NCBI RefSeq assembly: GCF_001194135.2
Contig: NC_068996.1
Span: 49,480,270-49,544,269, forward strand
From: Octopus bimaculoides
Lineage: Eukaryota
Direction: 5' to 3'
Length of the DNA: 64,000 bases
The position numbers and the translations under genes are program-made. Below are positions 50,166 through 63,160 of the stretch, in pieces. The notes beneath the pieces were generated by a model. It was not told where the DNA came from. It saw only the letters and a program-made list of their open reading frames with translations, and did no database searches. Within the stretch, counting starts at the first letter, position 1. Each line of letters opens with the position of its first letter.

Positions 50166-50499
50166 GGCACATGGCTCAGTGGTTAGAGTATCGGGTTCAC
50201 AATCACGAGGTAGTGAGTTTGATTCCCAGACTGGGCTGTGTGTTGTGTTCTTGAGCAAGACACCTTATTTCACATTGCTCCATTTCATTCAGCTGTAGAA
50301 ATGAGTTGCGATGTCACAGGTGCCAAGCTGTATCGGCCCCTTTGCCTTTCCCTTGGACAACATTGGTGGTATCGAGAGGGGAGGCTAGTATGCATGGGCA
50401 ACTGCTGGTCTTCCATAAACAACCTTGACCAGACTTGTACCTAACTTTCTATGTGCAATCCCATGATCAGTTATGACCGAAGGGGGGTCTTTACCCTTT
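50166..50499 (+). mobile_element. tRNA-derived CORE-type SINE family E
   Basis: ggcacatggctcagtggttagag..gagtttgattccc..gtgttcttgagcaagacacc. Inverted copy at 51622-51931; partial copies at 36154-36329 and 10380-10485. Confidence 0.82.
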
Positions 50500-50889
50500 G
50501 TATCTTAGTTAATGTGAATCTATGCAGAAAGCCACAAAACTGGATTTTCATCTTGAGAAAGCATTTCATATAGACATATGATGCTAAACAGTACAAGAGT
50601 TTATCAGAAGCAGGCACAAAAACATCCAACAGTAGCAGTGGAAATATTAACGAACCAATACTGCTTCTATCACTATAATAATGAATTTTTACCCAGCCCA
50701 CCAACTATTTACAACACCAGTGATTTGTTAATCACTTTTTCCTATATCAGAGGAAGCTAAATCTGTCTAAGTATGCCATTGCAAGTGGATAAATGCTATT
50801 GATGATGTGCAAAGACGCAGAAATCCAGACTTAACAATTCTATTGCCAGTACTGGATGTTAAGATATACAGAATGATACATGTCTCTTA

Positions 50890-51071
50890 TCGTTTACTTG
50901 TTTCACTCATTGCACTGTGGCCATGCTGGGGCACCACCTTGAAGGGTTTTAGTTGAACAAATCAATCCCAGTATATCTTTTATCTTTTACTTGTTTCACT
51001 CATTGGACTGTGACCATGCTGGGGCACCACCTTGAAGGGTTTTAGTTGAACAAATCAATCCCAGTATATCT
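50890..51071 (-). repeat. SINE-tail minisatellite (93-bp unit), same as 13090-13900
   Basis: gaagggttttagttgaacaaatcaatcccagtatatc at 50941 and 51034; runs into a gap. Confidence 0.8.
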
Positions 51072-51621
51072 NNNNNNNNNNNNNNNNNNNNNNNNNNNNN
51101 NNNNNNNNNNNNNNNNNNNNNNNNNNNNNNNNNNNNNNNNNNNNNNNNNNNNNNNNNNNNNNNNNNNNNNNNNNNNNNNNNNNNNNNNNNNNNNNNNNNN
51201 NNNNNNNNNNNNNNNNNNNNNNNNNNNNNNNNNNNNNNNNNNNNNNNNNNNNNNNNNNNNNNNNNNNNNNNNNNNNNNNNNNNNNNNNNNNNNNNNNNNN
51301 NNNNNNNNNNNNNNNNNNNNNNNNNNNNNNNNNNNNNNNNNNNNNNNNNNNNNNNNNNNNNNNNNNNNNNNNNNNNNNNNNNNNNNNNNNNNNNNNNNNN
51401 NNNNNNNNNNNNNNNNNNNNNNNNNNNNNNNNNNNNNNNNNNNNNNNNNNNNNNNNNNNNNNNNNNNNNNNNNNNNNNNNNNNNNNNNNNNNNNNNNNNN
51501 NNNNNNNNNNNNNNNNNNNNNNNNNNNNNNNNNNNNNNNNNNNNNNNNNNNNNNNNNNNNNNNNNNNNNNNNNNNNNNNNNNNNNNNNNNNNNNNNNNNN
51601 NNNNNNNNNNNNNNNNNNNTA

Positions 51622-51931
51622 TAAAAGACCTTCTTTGGTCATGAATGACCATGGGATTGCACCTAGAAAGTTACCCTCCCAAGCACAAGTCCAGGCAAGG
51701 TTGTTTATGCAAGACCAGCAGTCGCCCATGCATACCAGCCTCCTCCCTACATACCACTGATGTTATCCAAGGGAACGGTAAAGGCTAATACAGCTTGGCA
51801 CCAGTGATGTCACAACTCATTTTTACAGCTGAGTGAACTGAAGCAACATGAAATAATAAAGTGTCTTACTCAAGAACACAACATGCAGCCCTGTCCGAGA
51901 TTCGAACTCACAACCTCACGATCGTAAGCTC
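51622..51931 (-). mobile_element. SINE family E, head truncated at a telomeric tract
   Basis: Reverse complement of the 50166-50499 type. Confidence 0.82.
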
Positions 51932-51953
51932 ACCCTAACCCTAACCCTAACCC
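51932..51953 (-). repeat. Interstitial telomeric repeat joining a SINE-E head to an RTE tail
   Basis: gtaagctc|accctaaccctaaccctaaccc|atgctagcatggaaagcgg. Confidence 0.85.
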
Positions 51954-52440
51954 ATGCTANNNNNNNNNNACGATCGTAAGCTCACCCTAACCCTAACCCT
52001 AACCCATGCTAGCATGGAAAGCGGACGTTAAACGATGATGATGATGATGATGACATAATAATTTAATTTTAGATTTAAATTTGAAATTTAAACTGAGTTT
52101 TGAATATGTCCCATGTAGTATGCTGGCAAAGCACGTTCACTGCTTACGGCTGCCTGGAGTCATCCACAGTAATTGGACAATAATCACTGGATCTATGTTA
52201 AGAATTCCACTGTGCACATTGAGTATAGTAGAAACAGTTGATACAAAAGACAGAATATACCGGAAACTTTATTTATCACAATGGTCATTTCGACACATTC
52301 CATACTGCTCTTTCACGGGTGGGAAACTATACAATGAACTCCAATGTATCCTGCAGTGCAGAAGCATCTTTTCACTGCAGGGTACATAAAGTTTCCTGTA
52401 TATTCTGAGTTCCATATGAATTTTTTCTATTATATATCTA

Positions 52441-52480
<40 letters not shown>

Positions 52481-52483
<3 letters not shown>

Positions 52484-53131
52484 ATGAGAACAACTGTGTG
52501 AAAAAGTGGCACACCCTAACAGTAGAGGGGACCTGTGGAAGAGGTAGACCTGGGATGTGGTGGTGAAGCATGATCTTCGAACATCGACCCTCATGGAGGC
52601 GATGACAAGTGACAGGTCTTTGCAGATATCCTGTGCTTGAGAAGACCCGGCAAGCCAAGTGAGACTGTATGTAACCATGGCCTATGCCAGTGTTGCATAA
52701 CTGACCCATTTAAGAGCACCCTTCAATCATTGGGCAATAAACTGTGCTTGCAAAGACTTGTTGAGTTGCGTGAAGTCATTGATGCCAGTACTGCCTAACT
52801 GCACACGTGCCGGTGGCATGTAAAAAGCACCATTCGAGCATGGACATTGCCAATGCTGCCTGACTGGCTCCTGTGCTGGTAGCACATAAAAAGCACCATT
52901 CAAGCATGGTCGATGCCAGTACCACCTGACTGGCCCTTGTGCCGGTGGCACATAAAAAGCATCCACTACACTGTTGGAGTGGTTGGCATTAGGAAGGGCA
53001 TCCAACTGTAGAAACTCTGCCAGATCAGATTGGAGTCTGGTGCAGCCTTCTAGCTTACTAGTCCTCAGTCAAACCATCCAACCCATGCCAGCATGGAAAG
53101 CGGACGTTAAATGACGATGATGGTGATGGTG
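52481..53131 (+). mobile_element. RTE LINE, 5'-truncated (last ~50 codons plus 3'UTR)
   Basis: MDENNCVKKWHTLTVEGTCGRGRP-like frame, ctgtgcttgagaagacccggcaagccaagtga, subrepeats, (GAT)n. Confidence 0.88.
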
Positions 53132-53574
53132 TGTGTGTGGCTGCATCTTCAAGACTGGAATGGTATTGTGTTATTTCCTTTCACAGTTAGTATAAAAAGG
53201 AACACATATCTTTTTCAAATAATATACTCATTATATTGAAAATAAGAAATTTACTCCTAATTACAATGATTATCATGTTATTTAGCTGCATGCTGTATTT
53301 CTGTGGCAACACCAAGTATTTTAGTACCGATTCAAAAAATAAACATAATTTTCTATCAGAAGAATTAAGAAATGCAAGAGACTGTAAAATAATAATTTCA
53401 TGTTATTTCAGGTGAAATAATAATTTCTTTTTTTTTTTGTTTAGAGGTTGGACTTTAAATAGACAAAGCTATAAATGATAACATGTAAATATCAAGTAAA
53501 AAAAAATCCTTTTAATTGAAAAAGTTGAAGGTTGCCCATGACATAAACAATATATGTTTGTATATGTTTGTATA

Positions 53575-53612
<38 letters not shown>

Positions 53613-53613
53613 A

Positions 53614-53815
53614 GCGCCAGGTGAAATGCTTAGCGGTATTTCGTTTGCCGTTACGTTCTGAGTTCAAATTCCGCCGAGGTCGACTTTGCCTTTCATCCTT
53701 TCGGGGTCGATAAATAAAGTACCAGTTACGCACTGGGGTTGATGTAATCGACTTAATCCCTTTGTCTGTCCTTGTTTGTCCCCTCTGTTTAGCCCCTTGT
53801 GGGCAATAAAGAAAT
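53614..53815 (+). mobile_element. SINE family B, young, 5'-truncated
   Basis: Nearly identical to 18490-18677; CpGs retained. Confidence 0.85.
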
Positions 53816-55962
53816 ATATATATATATATATATATCATCNNNNNNNNNNNNNNNNNNNNNNNNNNNNNNNNNNNNNNNNNNNNNNNNNNNNNNNNNNNNN
53901 NNNNNNNNNNNNNNNNNNNNNNNNNNNNNNNNNNNNNNNNNNNNNNNNNNNNNNNNNNNNNNNNNNNNNNNNNNNNNNNNNNNNNNNNNNNNNNNNNNNN
54001 NNNNNNNNNNNNNNNNNNNNNNNNNNNNNNNNNNNNNNNNNNNNNNNNNNNNNNNNNNNNNNNNNNNNNNNNNNNNNNNNNNNNNNNNNNNNNNNNNNNN
54101 NNNNNNNNNNNNNNNNNNNNNNNNNNNNNNNNNNNNNNNNNNNNNNNNNNNNNNNNNNNNNNNNNNNNNNNNNNNNNNNNNNNNNNNNNNNNNNNNNNNN
54201 NNNNNNNNNNNNNNNNNNNNNNNNNNNNNNNNNNATATATATGACTGGCTGCTTTCAGTTTCCATCTACCAGATCCACTCACAAGGCTTTAATCAGCCCG
54301 AGGCTATAGTAGAAGAAACTCACCCAAGGTGCCACGCAGTAGGACTGAACCCAGAACCATGTGGTTGGTTAGCAAACTACTTACCACAGAGTCACTCATA
54401 TAATATATTGCTTATGTAACAGGTGTGGCTGTATGGTTAAGAGGTTTGCTTCCCAACCACATGGTTTTCCATGTTCAGTTCCACTGCATATCACCTTGGG
54501 CAAGTGTCTTCTAATGTAGCTTCTGGCCAACCAAACCCTTGTAAATGGATTTAGTAGATGGCAAATGAAAGAAGCCCAGGCACCCATGCCAATGGCACAT
54601 AAAAAGCACCTATTACACTCTTGGAGTGGTAGCATTAGGAAGGGCATCCAGCTATAGAAGCAATACCAAATGAGACTGGAACGTGGTTCAGGTGAACCAG
54701 GTTCCAGTCTCATTTGGCATTGTTTCTATAGCTGGATGCCCCCCAGCTTACCAGTTCCAGTGAAACCGTCTGGCCCATGCCAGCATGGAAAGCAGACATT
54801 AAATGATGATGATAGGTATATATGTACAGGTATGGAGGGGCGAACGGGAAAAATAGAATTCAAAACATGAGTATATGTATGTTATGAATATTTAGCAGAA
54901 GCAACAGAGTGACTCAAAGTCTGAGAGTTTAGTGTATAGCCACTTATCAAACTGTTTGGTAAGTGTCAATGCATGAAACTCTTGGACTTTGAATCACTGT
55001 TACTTCTGCTAAATGTTAATAAAAACTTGTGTGGTATATGTGTGTGTGTGTACATATATCTGTGTCTTTGTGCTTGTCCCTTGTGGCTTGTCACCTTGTG
55101 TTGATGTGTTTACATCCCCATAACTTAGCAGTTTGGCAAAAGAGACCAATAGAATAAGTGCCAGGCTTTAAAAAATAAGAACTGAGGTTAATACATTTGA
55201 CTAAAATTTTTCAAGGTCGTGCCCCCCACATGGCTGCAGTCTAACTGAGATCTAGTCAACACAGCCAGTTATGTTAGCTGTGCAAATTACACACACACAC
55301 ACATAATTTCTTTTAACAGTGAAACTCAAAATAGACAAAGCTATAAAAAATAGCTTGAAAATATTGGGTTGACGTGAAAGGCTGCCCAACTTTATCTACT
55401 TTGAGTCCAGCCTTAGAAAAAGACAAAAGAAATTATAATCTTGGATCCTTTCTGTTGCAGTCTCACCGATTCTGAAATTAAGTAAAAATTTTCAGATTTC
55501 AGTTGATTCATACTTTTCTATAGAATTTTAACTTAATTTTATCATTATAAATACATCTAAGATACTGTCTACTGTCATCTTGTCCGCTTTCGGTATTTGC
55601 ATATATATGCATATTCAGACAGATAAGGGGTGGGGGAAAAAGCAGATTTTGTGATTACTGTTAATGTAGCAACAGACCCAAGTACAAAATCGAACCGGAA
55701 GTTTATAATCTGTCTCCCTGAGTTATGGAATGTCAATTACAAAACTAGCATATGATGATGATGGCGGGGGCCTTGAAGAAAAAGAGAATAAGACATCATC
55801 TGTTGTTGTCTGCGTGTTTAACCATAAACTTAAAATGTGGGAAGTAGGCGATATGAATTGTTTTATAATACTCCGCCTAGTTATTGAGTTATCTTTTCGT
55901 AATTTAACCATGTCAATATAGATGATATACATACACTCGCACACATGCATATGTGTGTGTAT

Positions 55963-56438
55963 GGCGCAGGCGTGGCTGTATGGTAACTAGCTGGCTTACC
56001 AACCACATGGTTCCAGGTTCAGTCCCACTGCGTGACACCTTGGGCAAGTGTCTTCTACTCTAGCCTCGGGCTAACCAAAGCCTTGTGAGTGGATTTAGTT
56101 GACGGAAGCTGAAAGAAGCTCGTCGTATATTCTCAGGCGTCCTCGACATCTAAACATCTGTCCCCCCACCACCACCACCATCGCTTGACAACGGATGCTG
56201 GTGTGTCTACGTCCCCGTACGTTAGCAGTTCGGCAAAAGACCGATAGAATAAGTACTAGGCTTACAGAGAATAAAAGTTGTTGCGTACTAATACCGAAAG
56301 ATCGCCCGGCCATGCTGGAGTACTGCCTTTATTCTAACAAACGGTCCCTAAGACTTATTCTATCGATTGTCAAGCGATGTTAGGAGGACGACGACAAACA
56401 CAAACATGCATAGGAGGACGACGACAAACACAAACATG

Positions 56439-56479
<41 letters not shown>

Positions 56480-56858
56480 GACGCACTTCTTTTAAGTTTC
56501 CGCCTACCAAGGCCGTCTATAAAGTTAAGTGCATATAGGTGCGAAACATTGGTCACTCTATATACATATTCTTTTACTCTTTTATTTTCTGTAAGCCTAG
56601 TACTTATTCTATCGGTCTTTTGCCGAACTACTAACGTATGGGGACGTAGACATACCAGCATCCGTTGTCAAGCGATGGTGAGGTGGGGGACAAACATATA
56701 TATATATATATATTATACGACGGGCTTATTTCAGTTTCTGTCGACCAAATCCACTCACAAGGCCCTGGTCTGCTCGAGGCTATAGTAGTAGACATTCACC
56801 CAAGAAACCATGTGGTTGATAAGCAAGCTGCTTACCACACAGCCAGCCACTCCTGCGC
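55963..56858. mobile_element. Inverted pair of SINE-A copies (55963-56330 +, 56560-56858 -)
   Basis: Family A heads at both outer ends; 102-bp arms 56176-56277 / 56579-56680 differ at 4 sites. Confidence 0.85.
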
Positions 56859-57183
56859 GTTGTTTCGTTGTCCCCTTTTTGTATCACCTAACTGTCTGGA
56901 TGTTTTGCGTTTATATATATATAATACGCATCCGAAAGAGCTACTAATAGTTTTATGCTACTTGAGCAGGCATAAAATACGTCATGTATCTTAAAAGCTG
57001 AAAGATTGCTTTAATATACATGCCGTATTTTATAAATACGCCTGTTCAAGTATCGTAAAACCATGGAATTATTAGCTCTTTCGGTTGTGTATTAAATTGG
57101 TATTTATCTATAACTGGAGTACCATTTTTGTTATTCTATCCCTATTAAATTCGTAAACTCAATTTGTTTCTCTCTCTCTGTAA

Positions 57184-57234
<51 letters not shown>

Positions 57235-57845
57235 ATATAAAGATAGGCTTAATTTAATAATACAATAAAACAACAGGATCCGGGTACATGGAGATATTCT
57301 GCCTCAGCAAAACGTAATAATGCATAATTTTTGTCCCACTGTTTGGGCTCGTTTTTAAACTAAATTTATATCCGTAGAAACGCAACAAAGTCTGCGCGTA
57401 ACAGTTTTGTGTCTTAGTAATAAAAAAAAACGTGAATACTATTAAAAAACATTCACAGCTGTCGAAAAAGTATTTTTTGTTGTGCTATTTAAACGATGCA
57501 AAGTATTTTTCGATTTCTTCTTGCTCGATATGAAGATGCGTTGTTTGGTAAAGTAGGGTTTTTTTTCTAAATATAAATGCTGTCTTGTTTCAAATTCACA
57601 CCGGTCGTTATTGTTTATCCCATGTTAATTCCGATTTTATTAACCTACGGTTTTTAGTAAGTTGAACGACTTCGTAGAGGCTCCATCGTTTCGCTCCTAT
57701 AATTCGCTCCATTTATTAGTATTTAGTACTAGATAATCGTGGACTGTTCAGAAGACCCTTATTTTTATTTTGCCATGCATTAAGGGATTCAAGATGAGTC
57801 CAGACAAAAAAAAACTTACAAACGTTTATGCACGACCTCCTAGAT

Positions 57846-58047
57846 CAGTGGCTCTCAACCTGAGTCCGTTTAAGATTTTGTTGTTAAAAATTTATCTGCA
57901 ATAAACTTGTTACAATTCCTAATACAATTTCTAAAAATATAATAGGTTTTTTTTTTTAAACATCGAATAACTATGGGGGTCCATCTGCGTAAAACAGGAA
58001 TCAAAGAGGTCCGAGGGTAACAAAACAAAAATGGTTGAGAAACACTG
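57846..58047. mobile_element. hAT/Charlie-like MITE
   Basis: TIRs CAGTGGCTCTCAACC / GGTTGAGAAACACTG; related fragments near 10497, 33800-33853, 38598-38700, 40190-40400. 8-bp TSD not preserved. Confidence 0.65.
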
Positions 58048-58486
58048 GTGTGGATTGTGGCGGTTACGCGAAACTCTTGAGCAACAGTTTGCTGTGGTTT
58101 TTAAGTTTCAAGTTTCAATAAAACTTGATTGATTGAAGTTTTGCCTGATCAAGGCCCGTAACTTGCAATTGACTGCCCTGAAAACAATCCCTATGACAAG
58201 TCTATGCAAGATGTATCAATTTTACATCACAGTTTAAAAATACTGTTGCCATTGGTTACAAGTTTCCAGCAGGTCAATCACTACTAGTTCATTGCACTTC
58301 TAATGGCGAGAGTAAACACACATACACACACACACACAAACCATGCAGAACGAATGGCGGAAAAGACTTCGTTTTAAAGGACTAGCTTTTTGGTTTGGTT
58401 TTGGACGATTATATCTTTCTTTAGAAGATAAGTGCGGAAGGGTCTTAGATATGTACCATGTGAGATTATGTCACACGTGTGTTATA

Positions 58487-58974
58487 CAATACTGGACCAA
58501 ATGTCCGGCAAGCTTGGAACCGGAAGTGTCCCGGATTTCTGGATTTTCCAATTTTTTGATGACAGCCTAAATACATACTTGAAATATATAATAAACTATT
58601 AAAAGTAAAGAGCCAAATTGTAATTAATAGTTTCAAATGAATACATTTCTAAAGCCGGATCCATTTGATATTTATTATTTCACTTAAAATATACTATACT
58701 GTACTATGTATAATGTTTTATGGTGAAAATTAAATGAAAAAAAAAGTAAAGAATATGACTTTATTTAACAGATACAGGTACAAATTAATGCGCTTCTAAA
58801 TCTTTATCAATTCACCTTTAAAGAATGTACAGAACAAAACTGTTTTTAACATACTGTATGCAAATTAACCAACTTCTAAAACGGTATGTTTACTTAATAC
58901 AAGGTAGACTGTATTGCACGACATTGTACAGGATTTCCGGATTTCGGGAAGCCGGATAAGAGGTCCGTTACTTG
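58487..58974. mobile_element. Tigger/pogo-like MITE flanked by TA
   Basis: TA-CAATACTGGACC..TGTCCGGC at left, GCCGGATAAGAGGTCCGTTACTTG-TA at right; AT-rich interior. Confidence 0.5.
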
Positions 58975-60716
58975 TATTAGGAATTGTAAAACTTGGATAT
59001 AAGATGGAAGGACGTTTTTTGCCTACTAAATGCTTAGATAATCTCAGTTGATTGGTTGTCAACTTCTGACATGAAGAACGGTCTCTTCTAAATATATTTC
59101 CCTCACCTGTATTGTTGATATTTATTGCAATCAGCGTTAGTCTATTTGTATATATGGTTGATGACTGTGAATCTTATCAACATCGTAGAATATGTTTCAC
59201 TGAAGAATCTGCATAGTCTAAAACACTCATGAACAATCTGTGGTCCACGGAACCTTCTACACGGCACGGCCAACAAAGAAATAAAATTACCCTTAACCTT
59301 TTTTAATAGTGCCTAAGTATGAACCATGTTTCATGCGACCCACTTTTCGAAAAAAAACGTTACCCGGGTTCTGTCTAAAAATTCCGGCTTTCTCTTTGGA
59401 GTTATCTCGCTTGTTGTTTAATCTTACTTCTCTCTCTCTCTCTCTCTCTCGCGTGCGCGCGCGTTGAAATTGCAAAATCGATTTTGCATCTATTTAATTC
59501 CTCTTTCTTTGCCAAAATGTTTGACAAGCTTGAACATTTCTAAAACCACCTGAACATGGTAATTTGTCCTTTTCAATCTTCATAGGAGCCCTTTCCCTCC
59601 TGTAAGAAATACTGATGTAGAATATTGGTCCTTAGACTGACAAGTACCAGTGCCGACGACTTCTCTCAACTCTACAAAAAGCACATTAGAGAAATTTCGA
59701 GGATTCCCCACTCTTTATTAATTCTGTAGCATTTAAACCGGCTCTATGACGCCCAGATGTTCTACTTGGTTTGTGTCCAAACAGGACAGATCTGGTCACT
59801 CACACCTACCCTAAAGCTACAAGATAATCCTTGATTAATTGAAAACAATGTTAATAAATTAGCATTACGTTTGATAAGGTAATCTAAATACTAAAGGGTT
59901 AATGAATAGACAAACGAACGACAAGCTGCTAGAATAATTAGCACATCGGTAAAAATGTTTAGCGGTATTTCTTTTGGTCAGTTTACCTTTTATCCTTTCA
60001 GGGATAAGCGCCAGTCAAGTATTAGAGTTGATGTAATTGATTGTCCCGCCACCACTACCAAGTACCTAAAGATTGCTAAAATTAGAACAAATGCAAAAAT
60101 AAAATAGAGTTTGCATCCAAGTAATTCTTGATGTCGGATAAGCTTAAAATGTTTAAAACTCGTTAAGTTAAATGTGTCTTCTTTTAAATCTTCACAACAC
60201 TCTTCAGTTTAACAGAGTTCTACAGGGTGTTTTTATATTCTAATTGCTTGTATAATTTCACAGTTTATTGACATTTTCTTTTTGTCTTACATATGTTTAA
60301 CCCTATTGTGTTTATATTTAAAATAAAGACAGCTTCCCTGAGATATTTTCTCTCAGCTTCAAGAGCCATATTCAGCCGAGGTTAATGCATTCAGTTGTCA
60401 TCGTCGTTTTGTCACCCACACATTATATGCACGCACTTCAGATCAACATAACGAAATGCATTCCACCCTTGACCATCTCGTTTCGGTACACTTTGGGCCA
60501 AATTATCCAATTAGGATAAAGTTTGTTTTTATTGTGTTTAATGCTCTGATTTCCCACCAAGGCATCGAAGCGAATGTCAGCAGTAAGTCAGTCAGCATTG
60601 TTTACAAATGTGTAATGTTTGTGGAAGTGTCAGCGGAGATCGTTGTAAATGTGTGTTGCGTTAGATGTGTCAAGGGAAAGAACTCTATTTTGAACACTCA
60701 AGTGAGCTCCCTTGCA

Positions 60717-60765
<49 letters not shown>

Positions 60766-61173
60766 GTGTATGTGTGTGTGTGTATATATTTTTTTGTTTT
60801 TTGTTTTATTAAGAAAAAAGGATCCTTCTATTCTGTTCGGGTTTAGTATAAAGAAAATTTTTTGTTCTCCAAGAGATGTGTGGGAAGAGAGAGGGCCAAG
60901 ACGACGTGAGGCGATGTATTGAAGGCCAATCTCAGAACAGTGGTCACCGCAATAAAATTGGGATCCTAATGCAAAGGTGCCATGTAAAAAGCACCCTGTA
61001 CACTGTAAAATTGTTGGTGTTAGGAAGTGCATCGAGGTGTAGAAACCACACCAAAAGAGACTATGGAATTTGGTGTGGCTCTTGTCAAGCCGTCGAACCC
61101 ATGCCATGGAAAACGGACGTTGAATGTTAATGATGGTGGTGATAATTTGTCATGACTAGAAAAAGTAAAGGTA

Positions 61174-62349
61174 CAGGGGTTGGACAAAATAATGGAAACA
61201 CCTTAAAATTTCAAACAAATTTATTTTAACATGGGGTAGGACCGCCTTTGGCAATAATTATAGTTTGAATTGTTTCCAAAGGAATTTTTGTCCCTTCTTC
61301 AGCTAAAACAATCTCCAGTTCTTGTAGTGATGATGGTGGAGGATATCAACTCCTTACTTGTTTTTCTAAAATGCACCATAAATGTTCAATAATATCAAGA
61401 TTTTGGGACTGTGGTGGCCAAATATGATGTTCAACTTCACTAGAATGTTCCTCGTGCCATTCAGTAAAACTTTAGCTGTGTGAATTGGTGCATTATCATC
61501 CTGAAAGATTGCGTTTCCTTCCGGAAACATTTCTGCAACCATAGGATGAATTTGATAAGATAAAATTCTTAAATAGTTGACTATCAATTCTGCCACGAAG
61601 GGAAGCCATTGAGTTGGTGGATCATCACAGATCCTTCTCCATGTTTAACAGTTGGAAGAAGGCAGTCTGGGTCAAATGCTTCTTTTGGCTTTCTTCACAC
61701 GTATACTCAGCCAGTGGTCAGAAATAGTGTAAAGGATGACTTGTCTGAGAAAATAACATCCTTCCACTGCTCTAGGGACCAATTCTGTAGGTTTTTACTC
61801 CATTCTAAACGCTTTGCAACGTTTGTTTTTGAAAGTAGTGGTTTTCTGATTGCAATCCTCCCATGAAATTCAGCTTTGTGCTGCTCCTGTTTTTGTGGAA
61901 ACTGGGTTCTTGAGGTGGTCATTAAGCTCTGCAGTAATTTTGGGAGCTGTACTTTCATGATCCTTTCTAACAATTCACGTAAGAGTCTGACAGTCCCTAT
62001 CTGAAAGCCTTGGTTTTCTTCTGGAGCTTTGTTTCAACGAAGAGATTTTTCCCTCTTCCTCAAAGTACTTCTTCATACACCAAACATTTTGGCTGTTTTC
62101 GTTACGTTAGCGCCTGCCGTACAAGCACCAACAATTTGACCTCTTTGAAAGTCCAATAGATCTGTCATTTTAATGAATTTGAATTACCTTTTTCTGATGA
62201 TATCTGAAAAGAAACAGCAATTTTAGCAAAGCATATTAAGCAACACTAATAATAAATCAAAAAACATAAAAGTAAACAAGCTTTTGATGGTTTTATAGAT
62301 ATTTCAAAATTATGATGCTAGGTGTTTCCATTATTTTGTCCAACCCTTG
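61174..62349 (-). mobile_element. Tc1-family DNA transposon, 1176 bp, 30-bp TIRs, TA TSD
   Basis: TA|CAGGGGTTGGACAAAATAATGGAAACACCT...AGGTGTTTCCATTATTTTGTCCAACCCTTG|TA, 1 mismatch. Confidence 0.93.
61226..62168 (-). pseudogene. Tc1 DD34E transposase pseudogene
   Basis: MTDLLDFQRGQIVGA.., WKDVIFSDKSSF, FQDDNAPIHTAK, WPPQSQNLDIIEHLW; frameshifts, stops and internal deletions. Confidence 0.9.
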
Positions 62350-62969
62350 TATATCTTGAAATTGGTTTCAAGGTTGAAATTGGAAAATTGAAGTCTAGAA
62401 AGGCTACATACTATAAATTTGGGTTATTAGAAGGCAGTGAGCTAGCAGAGTCACTAGCAAAATTCTTAATGGTATTCTGTCTATCCTCACATTCTGATTT
62501 CAAATTTTGCCAAGGTCGATGAATTAAGTACCAGTTGAACACTGGGGTCAATGTAACCAACTAGTCCCCTATCCCAAAATTTCAGGCCTTGTGCCTTTAG
62601 TAGAAAACATAAGAATGGCCAGTATAAACGGACCAATTATAAAAGAAAGAAAAAAAGGGGGGGGTAATGTAAAAGGAGAAAGGGCTCTATACCCCTTTCT
62701 TATTTTTTTCTGACCAGGCTCCCGTGGTTTTATGGGTTTTTCCACGTGTAACCTTTCCTTTTTCGAAGCGCCTCCCCCTTCGGGGGTTTCTACTTATTTA
62801 TTTATCTATTTATTTATTATATCTTTCTCCGTTTTCTTCCTCTGTTTAGACGAACTTTCCTACCTTTTCGGACAAAACCTTTTGCAACCTTCGTCCTGTC
62901 TTTGTCCTTATATGTTTTTAATTGATATTAGCCCTTGTGGCCAATAAAACGAACGAATTATTGTTATTA

Positions 62970-63160
62970 TTACCTTTACCTTAGTGAAGGCAGAGGTATT
63001 GTTTCAGTCGTGTTTGTTTGCTTGTCCGTGGACAAAATATCTCAAGAACCACTAGATGAATTTGGATGAAACTTTCAGGGATGTTTGGCCTTGTGACTGA
63101 CGCAAAATAAATAGATTTGGGGATTGGTCTGGCACTGGACAAGGATTCTGGATTATTTGT
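62970..63160 (+). mobile_element. HINE-like element, 5' part
   Basis: taccttagtgaaggcagaggtattgtttcag..tttggatgaaactttcagggatgtttggcc, matching 24341-24694. Confidence 0.65.

Larger units (their letters stand above)
3688..54234. other. Assembly gaps (N runs)
   Basis: Approx. 3688-4195, 5085-5094, 10627-11490, 13258-13780, 15620-15629, 16788-17558, 21308-21786, 41000-41284, 42184-42807, 44241-44748, 45247-46070, 49831-49972, 51072-51619, 51960-51969, 53840-54234; most abut microsatellites. Confidence 0.97.

Noticed and set aside
3610-54419. Long ORFs in the track containing runs of X
   Set aside because: They only read through assembly N gaps; the flanking residues are SINE or microsatellite translations.
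59185-59230. Hammerhead-like gtttca-CTGAAGA-...-aaaacactca-tgaac
   Set aside because: Needs several assumed mutations in stem II, G12 and stem III; not supportable from one copy.
60456-61130. Overlapping ORFs of 84-140 aa
   Set aside because: Built from (TA)n/(TG)n and an RTE tail; no protein motif.
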